In this document: positions 13,072 through 25,990 of the stretch, in pieces
Numbering within the stretch: position 1 is the first letter of the stretch
Layout: each line of letters begins with the position of its first letter
NCBI RefSeq assembly: GCF_001194135.2
Contig: NC_068988.1
Coordinates: forward strand, 25,968,502 to 26,032,501
Origin: Octopus bimaculoides
Taxonomy: Eukaryota
Direction: 5' to 3'
Length of the DNA: 64,000 nucleotides
Made by a program: the position numbers and the translations under genes
Notes under the pieces: generated by a model
Databases searched by the model: none
The model's input: the letters and a program-made list of their open reading frames with translations, nothing else
Told to the model about the DNA's origin: nothing

Positions 13072-13879
13072 NNNNNNNNNNNNNNNNNNNNNNNNNNNNN
13101 NNNNNNNNNNNNNNNNNNNNNNNNNNNNNNNNNNNNNNNNNNNNNNNNNNNNNNNNNNNNNNNNNNNNNNNNNNNNNNNNNNNNNNNNNNNNNNNNNNNN
13201 NNNNNNNNNNNNNNNNNNNNNNNNNNNNNNNNNNNNNNNNNNNNNNNNNNNNNNNNNNNNNNNNNNNNNNNNNNNNNNNNNNNNNNNNNNNNNNNNNNNN
13301 NNNNNNNNNNNNNNNNNNNNNNNNNNNNNNNNNNNNNNNNNNNNNNNNNNNNNNNNNNNNNNNNNNNNNNNNNNNNNNNNNNNNNNNNNNNNNNNNNNNN
13401 NNNNNNNNNNNNNNNNNNNNNNNNNNNNNNNNNNNNNNNNNNNNNNNNNNNNNNNNNNNNNNNNNNNNNNNNNNNNNNNNNNNNNNNNNNNNNNNNNNNN
13501 NNNNNNNNNNNNNNNNNNNNNNNNNNNNNNNNNNNNNNNNNNNNNNNNNNNNNNNNNNNNNNNNNNNNNNNNNNNNNNNNNNNNNNNNNNNNNNNNNNNN
13601 NNNNNNNNNNNNNNNNNNNNNNNNNNNNNTATATATATATATATATGGAAATCTATTTTCAATAAACTTGAAAGCCTGTTGGCATCATTCGTTCGTTGTC
13701 TTTCAGAATCTTGTTTTCATACGCATTCAATTGTGTCTCTTATAAAGTTACAATACCTCAGTAGGGACTTGATTTCAATGGAAAATGAACTACGTTGATA
13801 ATCTCGATATCACGCAAACAACTGTGTTGACTGCCGATTTCACTTTAATGAAATATCCCTTATCTCAATATATTGAAAT

Positions 13880-14070
13880 TTACAAAGGCAGCGAGCTGTC
13901 AGGATCGTTAACACGCTGGGTAAAACCTTTAGCGACATTTTGTCTGTTATTATGTTTTGAGTTCGAATTCCATGAAAGTAGACTTTGCCTTTCATCATTA
14001 TGGATTCGATGAAATAGGTAACAGTTGAGCACTGAGGTAGTTGTTATCGACTTACCTCTCTCTTGAAAGT
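13880..14070 (+). mobile_element. SINE family B, degenerate
   Basis: GGCAGCGAGCTGTCAGGATCGTTAACACGC head, TTGAGTTCGAATTCC B-box and GACTTTGCCTTTCATC motif. Confidence 0.8.
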
Positions 14071-14959
14071 GTTGCCAATCGATACATAGAAATTTTCATA
14101 GAAAACACAGATACCATATTTATTTTGAATGAGAGGTAGTAAAATTTATGACCAAGATTGACAACATTTCACTACCTCAGTAACAAATTGTAACATTAAG
14201 ACATAGCATAATACAAAAGCAAACTGGAAAACCCTTCAGTCTCTAGTTAGTATATTTTTTGCTACTTTAACGGAGCGTACATTGATAAAACATAGATTTC
14301 TCTTGCAAAGACTTTTCATTTCTTAGTGGACGCAGAAAACATATCACTCACACCTTCAGTTATTTACAGATCAGATATGTACAACATCTGTTCTTTTTTT
14401 ATTCATCCAACTCAACCTACAACATCGTTGGCCCAAAGACAAAATAAAAACAAACATTCATTTTCACAATACAGGTGAAACAATATAGCATAATTACAGA
14501 TCTCATTATCAGTTACAGATTACCTAAATTAAAAGTTGGATAAACTTTGTTTCCTCCAAGTGAAAACATCTGGCGTCTCACATTATGAGCATACGCCATG
14601 GAATTTCCAAATGAGCCTGCTATACTGTTTAAAGTGAACATTCCACCTATTTGTACACCGTCTTGTATATACTTGTATTTATCTCACAGTATTGCGTTCG
14701 GAGCGACGAAAAATACCAACGTAATCACAACAAAGTTGGATACAAGTCAATCAAGCTATAGTGTGTTTTTATATTCATATATTATTTGTTATACAGTTAT
14801 AAACTATATGCTATATATTATAAATCTTTATGTATTCCATTAACCTGTGTAGACAGACCATACAATTGTAGATTTTTAACCAAGTAATATGTACTAACAA
14901 AGTATGCAATACGAACTTATACAATAAGTATTGAAATTAATGTTGAATTTTCAATGTAA

Positions 14960-15270
14960 TCTTGGAGTGTTTTCGTGTGTTCGACTTAACGAAGCGTGTA
15001 TGGAAGTCTGGATCTGCCTGCATGTCTGTCCACACTTCTCAATGTCAAGTATTCCATAAGGTCCGCAAATCTAACGGAGGCCTGAAAAGACATTTTAATA
15101 TCCACAAAAATCAGAACTTTACTGCAGGTCTTGGTGGTCCAAATCGGATGTGCATCTATGTGGGTGTCTTTTCAAAACATTGTCTGGTTTAAAAAGCCAC
15201 ACCAAATGCCCTGATGGTTTTAAAGTGTAGGTACAGGAGGTGGTCAGACTTTGCATAAGGAGTAGAGAGC
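14960..15270 (+). mobile_element. 3' end of an RTE-like LINE with two decayed C2H2-like knuckles
   Basis: Reads CQVFHKVRKSNGGLKRHFNIH and (frameshifted) HLCGCLFKTLSGLKSHTKC, followed by a stop and a short 3' tail. RTE ORF2 typically ends in a CxxC...GL.SH motif. Confidence 0.6.
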
Positions 15271-15274
15271 GACC

Positions 15275-15535
15275 ATATATATTTATGTATGTGTGTGAGT
15301 GTGTGTGTATTTGTGTCAGTGTCTGTGCCGCCATTATTGTTGACAATCGGTGTTGGTGTGTTTTCGTACCGTAACTCAGTGGTTCGGCTAAAGGGTCTAA
15401 TAGAATAAGTACCAGGCTTCGGATATAAGTCGGCGTGGGGGGTTGTTGATTTGTTCGACTACAAAATCGCTTCAAAGTGGTGCTACAGCATGGTCGCAGT
15501 CAAGTGACTAAACCAAATAAAAGTGCAAAAGAATA
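15275..15535 (+). mobile_element. SINE family A, 3' half
   Basis: TTGACAATCGGTGTTGGTGTG...AGAATAAGTACCAGGCT...GTGGTGCTACAGCATGGTCGCAGTC aligns to 960-1160. Confidence 0.85.
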
Positions 15536-15542
15536 ATCTTTC

Positions 15543-15960
15543 CAGTCATCACTAAATTCACCAAACCTTCTTTTCTTATCACATGACTAAGAATTCTCAC
15601 GATTTCTACGTGGCCCTTATCCCATGAAGCATTTTCATATTTACCGCAACCCGGCTCATCACTTCTTAATTAGATACCTTGTCCGTGCTATCCTCAATAT
15701 TCTTTCTAAGAACCACGTTTGGCAGCTCTCCAAGCCATTTCCTATTAGTAATGTCTCATTCTCATACATTAACACATGGTAGGTATAACAGTCCAATAAG
15801 CGGTTCCTAGTTTTGATATTGAGAGTACAGTCTCTGAAGATGTTATACAATTTCGAGAATGTGGATTTTGCTAGCTCTATTCATCTGTTGATCTCCTTCA
15901 CACATCTTGTGTCTTTCGCTAATCTGTTTACCGATGAAGTTTAGCATTCCGACAACAGAT
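15543..15960 (-). mobile_element. RTE-clade LINE ORF2 fragment (post-RT region)
   Basis: With frameshifts the minus strand reads LAKSTFSKLYNIFRDCTLNIKTRNRLLDCYTYHVLMYENET...WFLERILRI...LSHVIRKEGLVNLVMTG. This is typical of the RTE region downstream of the RT domain. Confidence 0.85.
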
Positions 15961-16440
15961 TATTTAATATAAACAAAATTTCTCAACAAGTTTTGCACGT
16001 CAACAACTGTTTCAAGTAGAACTGAAGATAAAAATATCTCTTGACGTGATTCCTGCAGCACATAGACCAACAGCTTAAACAACATTTTACAAATAATACA
16101 CCATATCAACGTTTCAAAAAATTCATCTTAATGTATTTTACGAACTAAATTTAATACCACCATATTAAGTGTCTCAATAGCCGATAGGATGACATTCTGC
16201 CATTGCCGCCGTCTTTGAGGTTTTCGTCATCGTCATCATCATCAAGATCATTATCATCATCATTTTCATCAACATCAGCACCACCACTACCACTACCACT
16301 ACCACTGGTTATGGTATTTCAAGTATTTCTATTGTATATGGAAGTTTAATTATTATAAATTTTAAATATGTTGTGCACGTTGCATCAGTTACAAGATTAT
16401 GCATGTGTGTGTATATGTGTGTGAGGCAGATAATGAAAGC

Positions 16441-16472
<32 letters not shown>

Positions 16473-16640
16473 GTCAGACAGACAGTCAGACAGACAGTCA
16501 GACAGACAGTCAGACAGACAGCCAGACAGACAGTCAGACAGACAGTCAGACAGACAGTCAGACAGACCGTCAGACAGTCAGACAGACAGACAGTCAGACA
16601 GACAGACAGTCAGACAGACAGACAGTCAGACAGAGACAGT
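16441..16640. repeat. (GACA)n array with a higher-order 12-bp unit GACAGACAGTCA
   Basis: Directly visible. Confidence 0.95.
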
Positions 16641-17942
16641 GCCCTTTTTTGTATGTGCGCACAACGTAATCTGTAAGTCGAAGAAACTGATGCGGGTATA
16701 AGTTTTCGCTCAACAAAATTACCTGCTCCTGAATCAAAGTGTAATTGGTTGAGCGTTGCGCAGACATGTGTGCCCTTAACTCAATCACCAGGCACAAAAA
16801 ACGTGATATTAAGTGACATGTTTGTACTTCTTGCACTCCAGATACGTTCCACTGGAAGAGCTTCCGTGCAGTTTCTATTCACACGTTTCCACTCACAGCG
16901 TATTTAATCTTCAGTTGGACGTCGAAAGTGAGAGCAAGCCTAAATTTCACGTAGTTGAACGGAAAAAGGGACTCCGTTATTGCGAAGTGAATTTCTTAAC
17001 TACTCGACTCACTGTCCCCACAAGTACGGTGTAAACAATGTATATAAAAAGCATTTTACATCATACATATATTTTTATAACTTTTATTTCTTTCAACTAT
17101 ATCAAATAGGTATGATGTAAATAAGGTTTTACGCAACATTTTACATCAAAATTGTAAAGAAATCATCTCATAAAATGTTTACACATTAATACGAACGCCA
17201 TCATAAAATATTTATAAGTCAACTAAGATTTTTCATATGTTCATTTTATATTTTCATCCCATCTTATATACGTGTGTGTGTATGTGTGTATGTATAAATC
17301 ATTACAAACTATTTTATCTACATTTACTGCGCACAAAAACATATATATTCGCTATATGTAGCTTGTTGAATGTAGTGTGTCTCGGTGTGATTTTTCTAGT
17401 GTTTTTATACATCATAAAATAAATACAAGCATTATATGTCCTGGTTTTATGTTTTGTTTTTAAATTATATACTATATAGCAGCGGCGTATCACCAAATTG
17501 ATAATTTTTCAATATAAAACTTATGTTTTGGTACTATATCAATTTTTAAAAATTAATAGTAGCCAATAAGTAACTCTCAACAAAATAAATCCTCGGTTGC
17601 TTGATTAATATTCTGTCCGTCTCATTTGCACCATCATCAATGCCATGCCCACGTTACCCCAGGTCTATCTCATTTTGTTATTAGTATGTATTAAACTGTT
17701 ATAGCGTCAATAAGGTTAGGCCGAGATTTTTGTATTCTTTAGCAAATCTGATCAACAGAGGTTCGTTTCATCAATATGGGGTTTTACATGAGTTCGTCTT
17801 CCCTGATAATATTCCATCATGCGTAAGGGCAGATGTATTTTACATATTTGTAATATAATAATATAGATGCATCTGATTCGTACACATAGGAGGATAAAGT
17901 TATTTCCGTCACGTGCTTGTTGTTTTATATTCAATTACTCAC

Positions 17943-18131
17943 CCTTTCAAATGACGAGTGACTCTTCCTCTTTCTGTGATCATGTCCGTCGTTGGGTTTG
18001 CTGTCACCTCTGATTGCATTATTTTGATATGGAAAGTACCTTGTATGTCTTAGTTGCTGCGCTAACATTTAAGTGAAATTGTGTGGTTACGCCGCCAAAA
18101 GCGTTTACCAGTCTGCCTGTTCATTGCTCTA
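17943..18131 (-). other. Candidate exon (5'UTR plus start codon) of an unidentified gene
   Basis: Acceptor TTATTTCAATCTCGTTTCCAG and donor AGG|GTGAGT bound a GC-enriched unique 189-nt segment. It could start MQSEVTANPTTDMITERGRVTRHLK. No homology recognised. Confidence 0.3.
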
Positions 18132-19387
18132 CTGGAAACGAGATTGAAATAACCAGCTAACCGCATTGGTCTCACTAACCTATATTTGCTTACTCTCTCT
18201 TAGGTTGCAAATACATCTTACGATCCGTGTTAACATATATTTAACTTCCATTTAGCTTTAGGCAGGTTCCTGCTCTTGAGAATATCTAGCAAATGAAATG
18301 ACAATAAATTTAGAGGTAGCATGCAATAATTCATGGTCTCAGTTTAAAAATCAAACTGTTAGGAATTGGAATTCTTGTGAGTAATACGAGCTACGAATCC
18401 ATCTTTTGTATGATGCAATTTACTAAGCGCATCATTCAAATGGATCGGTATTGTTTCTGTTGGTGATGTTTTAGGAAATTATCATTGATCGAAGCATTCA
18501 TCAAGAAGCTTTGTTGTACATATCAGTCTGTAGATGTAATAAATAGAATCGGTGCTGCTACTTCGTTTTGGTGCAAGCAAACAGATGACAACACCTTGAG
18601 TACAAAAAAACTGTTCCTTCTATTTGACAATGTTGTTAATAATGATTAAATCCAGTTCAAAAGGGAGGAGTAGTTCGTGTTGCCGCTCCCCTTGTGAATT
18701 GGCTTATATTATCTTTTCCCCATAGAAAGCGATAAAACCGTGTTTTACTACCAGCTCTACGGGGTATTATTTCTATACAGATTTGTATACTGCTGTAGAT
18801 GTAAATTGTACAATCGAGATTGGTTTGGTATAATTTGATTAATTAGCTATAAAAAGCAGGAAATCATAGCATAGCATGACTTTCTCTTGAGAACCTATAA
18901 ACATATTGTGTCTTTAATTGCAGTTAGCTCCTTGCCTAATTTTCTCATGAAAATTAGATCTCAGCACAAGTCACTTTCCCTGCACATATCGACGCACAAG
19001 TGTACACACATACGTATACATAGACAGATGTGCTTTCCATTCCGATTCACATACACACATACGCACACAGATATATGTATGTATGAGTTTGTATTGATAT
19101 GTATGTTTTTATCACTGTTTATGATACTCTGCAGATATGTTAGTCAATGAAATTCTGTTACAACCAGATTTTTCCGTTTTATATTTACATTTATACATGT
19201 ACTTTCATGTTTTATAACAACTTTGAGGTAAATACTGATATGGCGACGATACCTATAAGATACTAAGTTATAGATATTGTCGACCTGTCGATATTTACTT
19301 GAAGCATGTTATAAAACATGAAAGTTCTCATGCAAATATAAAAAAATAAATGCGGATATCCAGTTGTTAGACATTAATGAACTGATG

Positions 19388-19419
<32 letters not shown>

Positions 19420-19436
19420 CGTGTGTGTGTGTGTGT

Positions 19437-19473
<37 letters not shown>

Positions 19474-21987
19474 TGTGTGTGTATGTATGTATATCCATGT
19501 ATGTTTGTGAGTGCGTTATATGTTTCTGTGAATTTGATCAAAGGTTATATGGGAGAAGTTATCAACTAAAATGGCTGTATAGTTAACATAGCTACATGTT
19601 ATGTTCATTTCACTTTGGTAATCCGAATTCACTAAATATGAAAAAACAAATCCTTTGAATATCTTAATGTCTTTATCTAAGTAACTGTAACCATCGCACA
19701 GATATGTTTATCTGTAAAAGTCTAAATTTAAATTTCTAAATACCGTTCAGCACTCTTACTCGCTTTCCCCAATACCATATTCATGTCAGGGTTTCAAAAT
19801 TATATTCTATGAATCTTTCAAACTCGTTACTCTTTATTGGCGGCGGAAACAGTTTCAGTGTTTGAAACAACTGCGCGTGTCTTGTTGTGATATGCAATAA
19901 CTCCCCCGTCCAAGTACATAACCATCATTTTAACATCCAGTATCGATATATTTGTAGCAAAAATAACCTAGCAACTCGTAAATAATTTTCGTAAACATTC
20001 AATAGGGACAGTGTGTCAATAGAATGAATGCAGTATTCAATATGTCGACACACTCCTCGCACTGAGTGGCCACGAAATTGGTTTCGAAGTTGCCAGATAT
20101 TACTTGTGCATGAAGCTTAATTTGACTTCATGAAAGGATAGAATAATGTAAGTCTTTGCCCTATGTGTTCTACAACTAGCAGTGAAATTCCCTTAAATCA
20201 CATGCTACTCCATAAAAACGGACTGGATCGTATATTCTTAAATATAACGCTTGGACAATTGTTTTGAGAATGATTATATAGCCTTTGAGCATTTAACTCT
20301 TAACTGAAACCTCAACTTACGCTTAACTGAAATAAAAAATGCCGGAGGACTTCGTCATTATTTAATAACATCACGGCATAAATGCACTCAAGAACATCTG
20401 GTCAGCATCGCAGTTCCAAATCATCTGACCTATATTGCTTAAAGTCCGATTCATCGCCACTTCCTACTAAATTATATATGCTTCACAGATGCAAGTTAGG
20501 CTTGTATCTAATGATACTTCGAGCAATCGGATGAACTTTCAACTAATCAATGAAAACCTGGTTAAACATTTTTCAGTCGCAAATTATGCAAAGGCGTCGG
20601 TCATATCGAAGACATAGAAATATAGGGAAAAGGACCTATGGACCGGCTGGAGGTACTGGATACACAAGAATGTGAAAACTACAAAGAAGCACATTAATGA
20701 ATACGGTTTCCTTCGACGGCTTTTATATAGAGTACTCAAGAAGCACTTAAGTCTCATAGAATTCTAAAATGACGGATGTAGCCAACAGATACAAAACACT
20801 TGACTTAAGATTGTACGAGAATTATCAAAAGTAAATACCGATATGCTTCTTAAAATCTACCTGATGCACCACATTATGGGTGTGTTGGAGCCGTCTTAAT
20901 GAAGATGTTATGGAAAACTGACATACAAAGATATCCAGTTACGATGAGGTTGTCGTGTTTAGGATCAGGGAATGAGATTTCAATACATTTACGATTTTGA
21001 TGTTGCGAAATACATACCTACGGACAGAACATAAAGTTTAATAATTAAAGATTGTAACCTATTGATGATAAGTTAGTTGATCGTTGGGAGATCCTGACCA
21101 AAGGTAGATATATTTTCGTCGTTTCAATAAGTTTTCACCAGTTATTGTGCATCAAACTCTATGACGATAGTATAGTCATGGTGGTGGTGAGTGTAGTAGT
21201 AGTAGTAGTAGTAGTAGTGATAGCAACAGGCGCAGTATTTGACTGCTTCTACTACAAACGAGTGCCTATAATTAGCGTTAACTTTATCAATTATGGTATC
21301 TAATATAGAGCATTAATTTTTTCGGTGCGTATCAGTGTATCATATAAGAATAGTAAAGTGAAATAGGGTGGGGTGTAATGTAATCTTGTAATCCTCCTCA
21401 TTTGCCCACGTATAATAACTGAAAATTACAGACGCAATGAGGATAAACGATGTTAACATTAACGATTCAGTCAATAAAAAACAATCTAATTGAAATAATG
21501 ATTCGTTGAGAAATTTACAGTATTAAATCCTTCTTATCAGACCTTGTCAGCAAATCTTAAAGGTCACAGGATTTACTGAAACATTGATGAGAAAATCACT
21601 GAGTATTTATACACTATTGTACATGGCTGTTAAGTTTCATGTCAGTTTTCTACACTATTACTACACTACGGGCAATAATAAAGGTTTTGCGTCACCGAGG
21701 TCTAACCAGACCAAAATATACCTGGGTTTGCTTCTTGTATAGTTGAAATGATACAATTAAAGTCAGTCATTGAGAGCTAATTTTGCCGTATTTTCCCTCA
21801 GTGCATAATTCTATAATATTGAAATTTCTGACTCACAATGCATTACATATATTTACAGGAAGATGTTCATTGCTTCTCATGAATCGGGTTTGTTTCTTAG
21901 AAGACATTTTCTCACTGATACATAATATGTTTGATATTGACATTTATCATTTTGTTTGTGTCTGTGAAGGAGCGAAGTGAGACGGCA

Positions 21988-22178
21988 GGGCGGATAGGCA
22001 GGAGCGGAGGATTTGAGATGTCAGTGCCGGAAGAGAAGGAGGAAGGGTGAGGTCTGCATTGGAAGGGAATGATGAAGTGACGTCATGTCAAGGAACAAGA
22101 GATTCAAGTTGTATCTCTTTCTTCGTCAGATATCCGGTCCGAACGACTGTGTGAAACCAATTTATGGCCATTGAAGGT
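21988..22178 (+). promoter_or_regulatory. Candidate promoter/first exon: GC box, CRE palindrome, ATG and splice donor
   Basis: GGGCGG at 21988-21993 and TGACGTCA at 22078-22085 lie in a GC-enriched purine-rich island. ATG GCC ATT GAA G|GTAATA follows at 22164-22178. Motif evidence only. Confidence 0.25.
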
Positions 22179-22434
22179 AATAAAAATAAACTAACAAATA
22201 ATGCTCTCGGATGTACCCATTGTCCAAAACACACGTTTCTCTGGTTAAAATAAGTTATAAATCACAGTATGATCGGGTATTATAGTATATGATAGTATAA
22301 TATTAGGTCTTAAGGCAGGCCATATCAATGTATAATTTACCATTAGCAGTTGTGATTATTTTCTAAAATTTCTAGAGATAATATAATATAGATTTCCATT
22401 GTAATATGTGATTGTTTATAATTAATTAATAATA

Positions 22435-22720
22435 TCATGAGGGGTTTTCTCCCTTTGAGGGACCTTTATTTAAGGAGGAATTTATTTATGGAGTTATTTA
22501 AGGAGAAATTTGAATATAAACTAGACTTATAGACGATGTTTTTGGTGTTTACTTTTTGTTCGTTACCTTTTACCCTAAAGATGTGTAAGGTAAATTATAT
22601 ATCTGACTTGAATTTGACTGTTAAATATAGCCTTATACAGAAATGTTGACATAGGAATAAATTTCAATAATAATGAATATCAGCGTTACAACTCTCTTTT
22701 AACTTTTAAATTTGATATAT
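22435..22720 (+). mobile_element. Very decayed Penelope-like RT fragment
   Basis: Reads RLIDDVFGV (like RYxDDIF), then YISDLNLTVKYS and VDIGINF (like L.FT.E....FLDI.I) in the expected order. Confidence 0.4.
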
Positions 22721-24188
22721 AACCAAGGAGATCGATCCTTAAGGAGTCTACTTTAGACCTTTGGGGAGAAATCTCTTGCTATATTGGTAGCAATTACATG
22801 CTTTTCTCATCAACACATAGTGGAGATATCGTCATATGAANNNNNNNNNNNNNNNNNNNNNNNNNNNNNNNNNNNNNNNNNNNNNNNNNNNNNNNNNNNN
22901 NNNNNNNNNNNNNNNNNNNNNNNNNNNNNNNNNNNTATATATATATATATACATAATAAATGTATATGTGTGTCTGTGTAGGAAGATATATATATGTATA
23001 TAAGTACAAACATTTACAAATATATATATATATATATACGTGTGTGTGTGCGTACGCCTCTGTGAATGTGTGTATGTGTGTGTGAGAGTATGTGTGTATG
23101 CATTATGTATGTATGTATGTATGTATGTATGTATGTATGTATATTCCAATATTTCCTTATCAATTAATAAAGAATTATGTTCTTAAGGAAATATAATTAA
23201 ATGTGTCTTTGAGAGAGTTAAGCTCCTTCTTTTATTATATTCATTCATATACTCGATAAAAATTTTATATTAGTCTGATGCAACGACATTGTCTTGTATT
23301 TCGATTAATCCAACGTTAAATTAAATTAAATCCAAGTATATACATAAAATATTTTCAAATTGTCTTGTTTTCCTTCGTTTCTATTTGGAGATTAACTATT
23401 TTTACATGCAGTTCAAAACGAATATTACAAATTTCAAAAGCTAACTATTTTTGTTCTTAAACATTACCAAGAATTCCAAATGTTGTTATTGAAAACATTG
23501 AAATAGATCGGAAGAGCGNNNNNNNNNNNNNNNNNNNNNNNNNNNNNNNNNNNNNNNNNNNNNNNNNNNNNNNNNNNNNNNNNNNNNNNNNNNNNNNNNN
23601 NNNNNNNNNNNNNNNNNNNNNNNNNNNNNNNNNNNNNNNNNNNNNNNNNNNNNNNNNNNNNNNNNNNNNNNNNNNNNNNNNNNNNNNNNNNNNNNNNNNN
23701 NNNNNNNNNNNNNNNNNNNNNNNNNNNNNNNNNNNNNNNNNNNNNNNNNNNNNNNNNNNNNNNNNNNNNNNNNNNNNNNNNNNNNNNNNNNNNNNNNNNN
23801 NNNNNNNNNNNNNNNNNNNNNNNNNNNNNNNNNNNNNNNNNNNNNNNNNNNNNNNNNNNNNNNNNNNNNNNNNNNNNNNNNNNNNNNNNNNNNNNNNNNN
23901 NNNNNNNNNNNNNNNNNNNNNNNNNNNNNNNNNNNNNNNNNNNNNNNNNNNNNNNNNNNNNNNNNNNNNNNNNNNNNNNNNNNNNNNNNNNNNNNNNNNN
24001 NNNNNNNNNNNNNNNNNNNNNNNNNNNNNNNNNNNNNNNNNNNNNNNNNNNNNNNNNNNNNNNNNNNNNNNNNNNNNNNNNNNNNNNNNNNNNNNNNNNN
24101 NNNNNNNNNNNNNNNNNNNNNNNNNNNNNNNNNNNNNNNNNNNNNNNNNNNNNNNNNNNNNNNNNNNNNNNNNNNNNNNNNNNNNNNN

Positions 24189-24220
<32 letters not shown>

Positions 24221-24242
24221 GTGTGTGTGTGTGTTTGTTTGT

Positions 24243-24680
24243 GTGGTGGGCTGTGTGGTAATAAGCTTTCTTCCCAACCACATGGTTCCAAGTTAAGTCT
24301 CACTACGTGGCACTTTAGGCAAATGTCTTCTGTTATAGCCTCAGGTGGAGCAAAGTGTTGTGAGTGGATTTGGTAGACGGAAACTAAAAGAAACCCTTGC
24401 ATAATATTTATGTATATCAATATATGTGTGTATGTGCATGTGTGTGTGTCTTTTATCCTGTGTTTATCCCAACCCCAAACCGTTTGACAATAGGTGTTGG
24501 TGTGTTTGCGTCCCGTAACTTAACGGTGCGGAAAGGAACCTATAAAATAAGCACCATGCTTAATAAAGAAGTACTGGAGTGGATTCTTTTATTTGTTCAA
24601 CTAAAATGTCAAGGTGATGCCCCAACCGGCATTAAATTAATGATTGAAATAAAAGATAAAAGATAAAAGATAAAAGCATA
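24243..24680 (+). mobile_element. Full-length SINE family A copy
   Basis: Aligns end to end with 748-1160 and ends in an (ATAAAAG)4 tail. Confidence 0.9.
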
Positions 24681-25854
24681 GTAGTCCTGATTTTTGCGTA
24701 GTTATTCCACAGAAGATCATAAAATACACACGAATGAGCTCCTAAAATTGGTTTAAGTAAAACAATGGCTTGTTTACTTTATTTACGAAAGTTCTCCTTC
24801 TCAAATTGTATGCAATATATAATGCATTAAACATAACTGTAAATATGTAAATAGGAAATCAAATTTTAAGAGTTATCCAAGCAGGAATGGAAGTATTTAC
24901 TTTGAATGATGACGTTATTGACTGTGTATGTTAAAAGTCGGTAATCTACTACTTTTAAATACATGATTTACATGACAGAATAGAAAAGCAATAACAGAAA
25001 TATGAATTTGTTGTTGCTATTTATATTCCATACAGTCAGTAACAAATTATTCAATTCTTTAATAATATATATATATATATATATACATATATATATANNN
25101 NNNNNNNNNNNNNNNNNNNNNNNNNNNNNNNNNNNNNNNNNNNNNNNNNNNNNNNNNNNNNNNNNNNNNNNNNNNNNNNNNNNNNNNNNNNNNNNNNNNN
25201 NNNNNNNNNNNNNNNNNNNNNNNNNNNNNNNNNNNNNNNNNNNNNNNNNNNNNNNNNNNNNNNNNNTATATATATATATATATATATCGTTACCTTATAT
25301 TTACATTAAATATTTTTTCTTTTACCTACGTCTGGTTAGTCACAATGTCGTGACTAATTCCTGACTCAATGAAAGATATTTAGAACTAATATCTATGATA
25401 AAAGAAAACATGAATTCTTCAGCAAAGTGCCTAGTTTATATTTTTACTTCTGAAGATAGACATGTGTCATGAAAGTTATATAAATGCCGAGCAGGTGAAA
25501 CAAATCTCAGTCAATTCATGATATTTCAATAGACATAACAATTATGTGACGTTTATTCAATGTTTATATTGTTAGGAATCGCTATGAAATATTTACCGAT
25601 TTTCAAACTTTTACAGTGTTATACATGAGTTTAGAAGTTTGAACCACTTGCTGTATTCTACCTTGTGATTCTTAACAAAATGTTCATCTATATTGCATTT
25701 TCCGCCATCATACGGGGTATAGAATCTGTTATTTTGAATTTTGCTCTTTCTCAAACTATTGTGTTGAGTGAAAAGTTTTGCAATATTACGGTAACTTATT
25801 TGCTTTATTCGCCAAGTTACAAAAAAAAAAGAAGAAGAAAACGCAGTCTAGCAC

Positions 25855-25990
25855 TCAAAGTAGAGGTCAACGTGCTGCACTGTCTGAAGCCTCCTTTCTG
25901 TTAGTTCTTCGATCCCATGTTGATACCAGTTCATTATTGACATACTAAGAACTCCTTCACTGAATAATTCACCTTCTCTTGGCCGATAAA
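25855..25990 (-). mobile_element. Mariner transposase extreme C-terminal fragment
   Basis: Minus strand reads SVKEFL...NWYQHGIEELTERRLQTVQHVDLYFE, like the mariner terminus (F...WY..GI..L.ERW...+...G.YFE). Confidence 0.7.

Noticed and set aside
18150-18175. GGTTAGCTGGTT on the minus strand, resembling part of miR-34
   Set aside because: The seed does not match and no pre-miRNA hairpin forms.
20340-21000. Possible very old RTE remnant
   Set aside because: Only isolated 3-4-residue matches; not supportable.
22090-22130. Minus-strand CTGACGA followed by a 7-bp stem (hammerhead-like)
   Set aside because: The required GAAA after stem II is absent.
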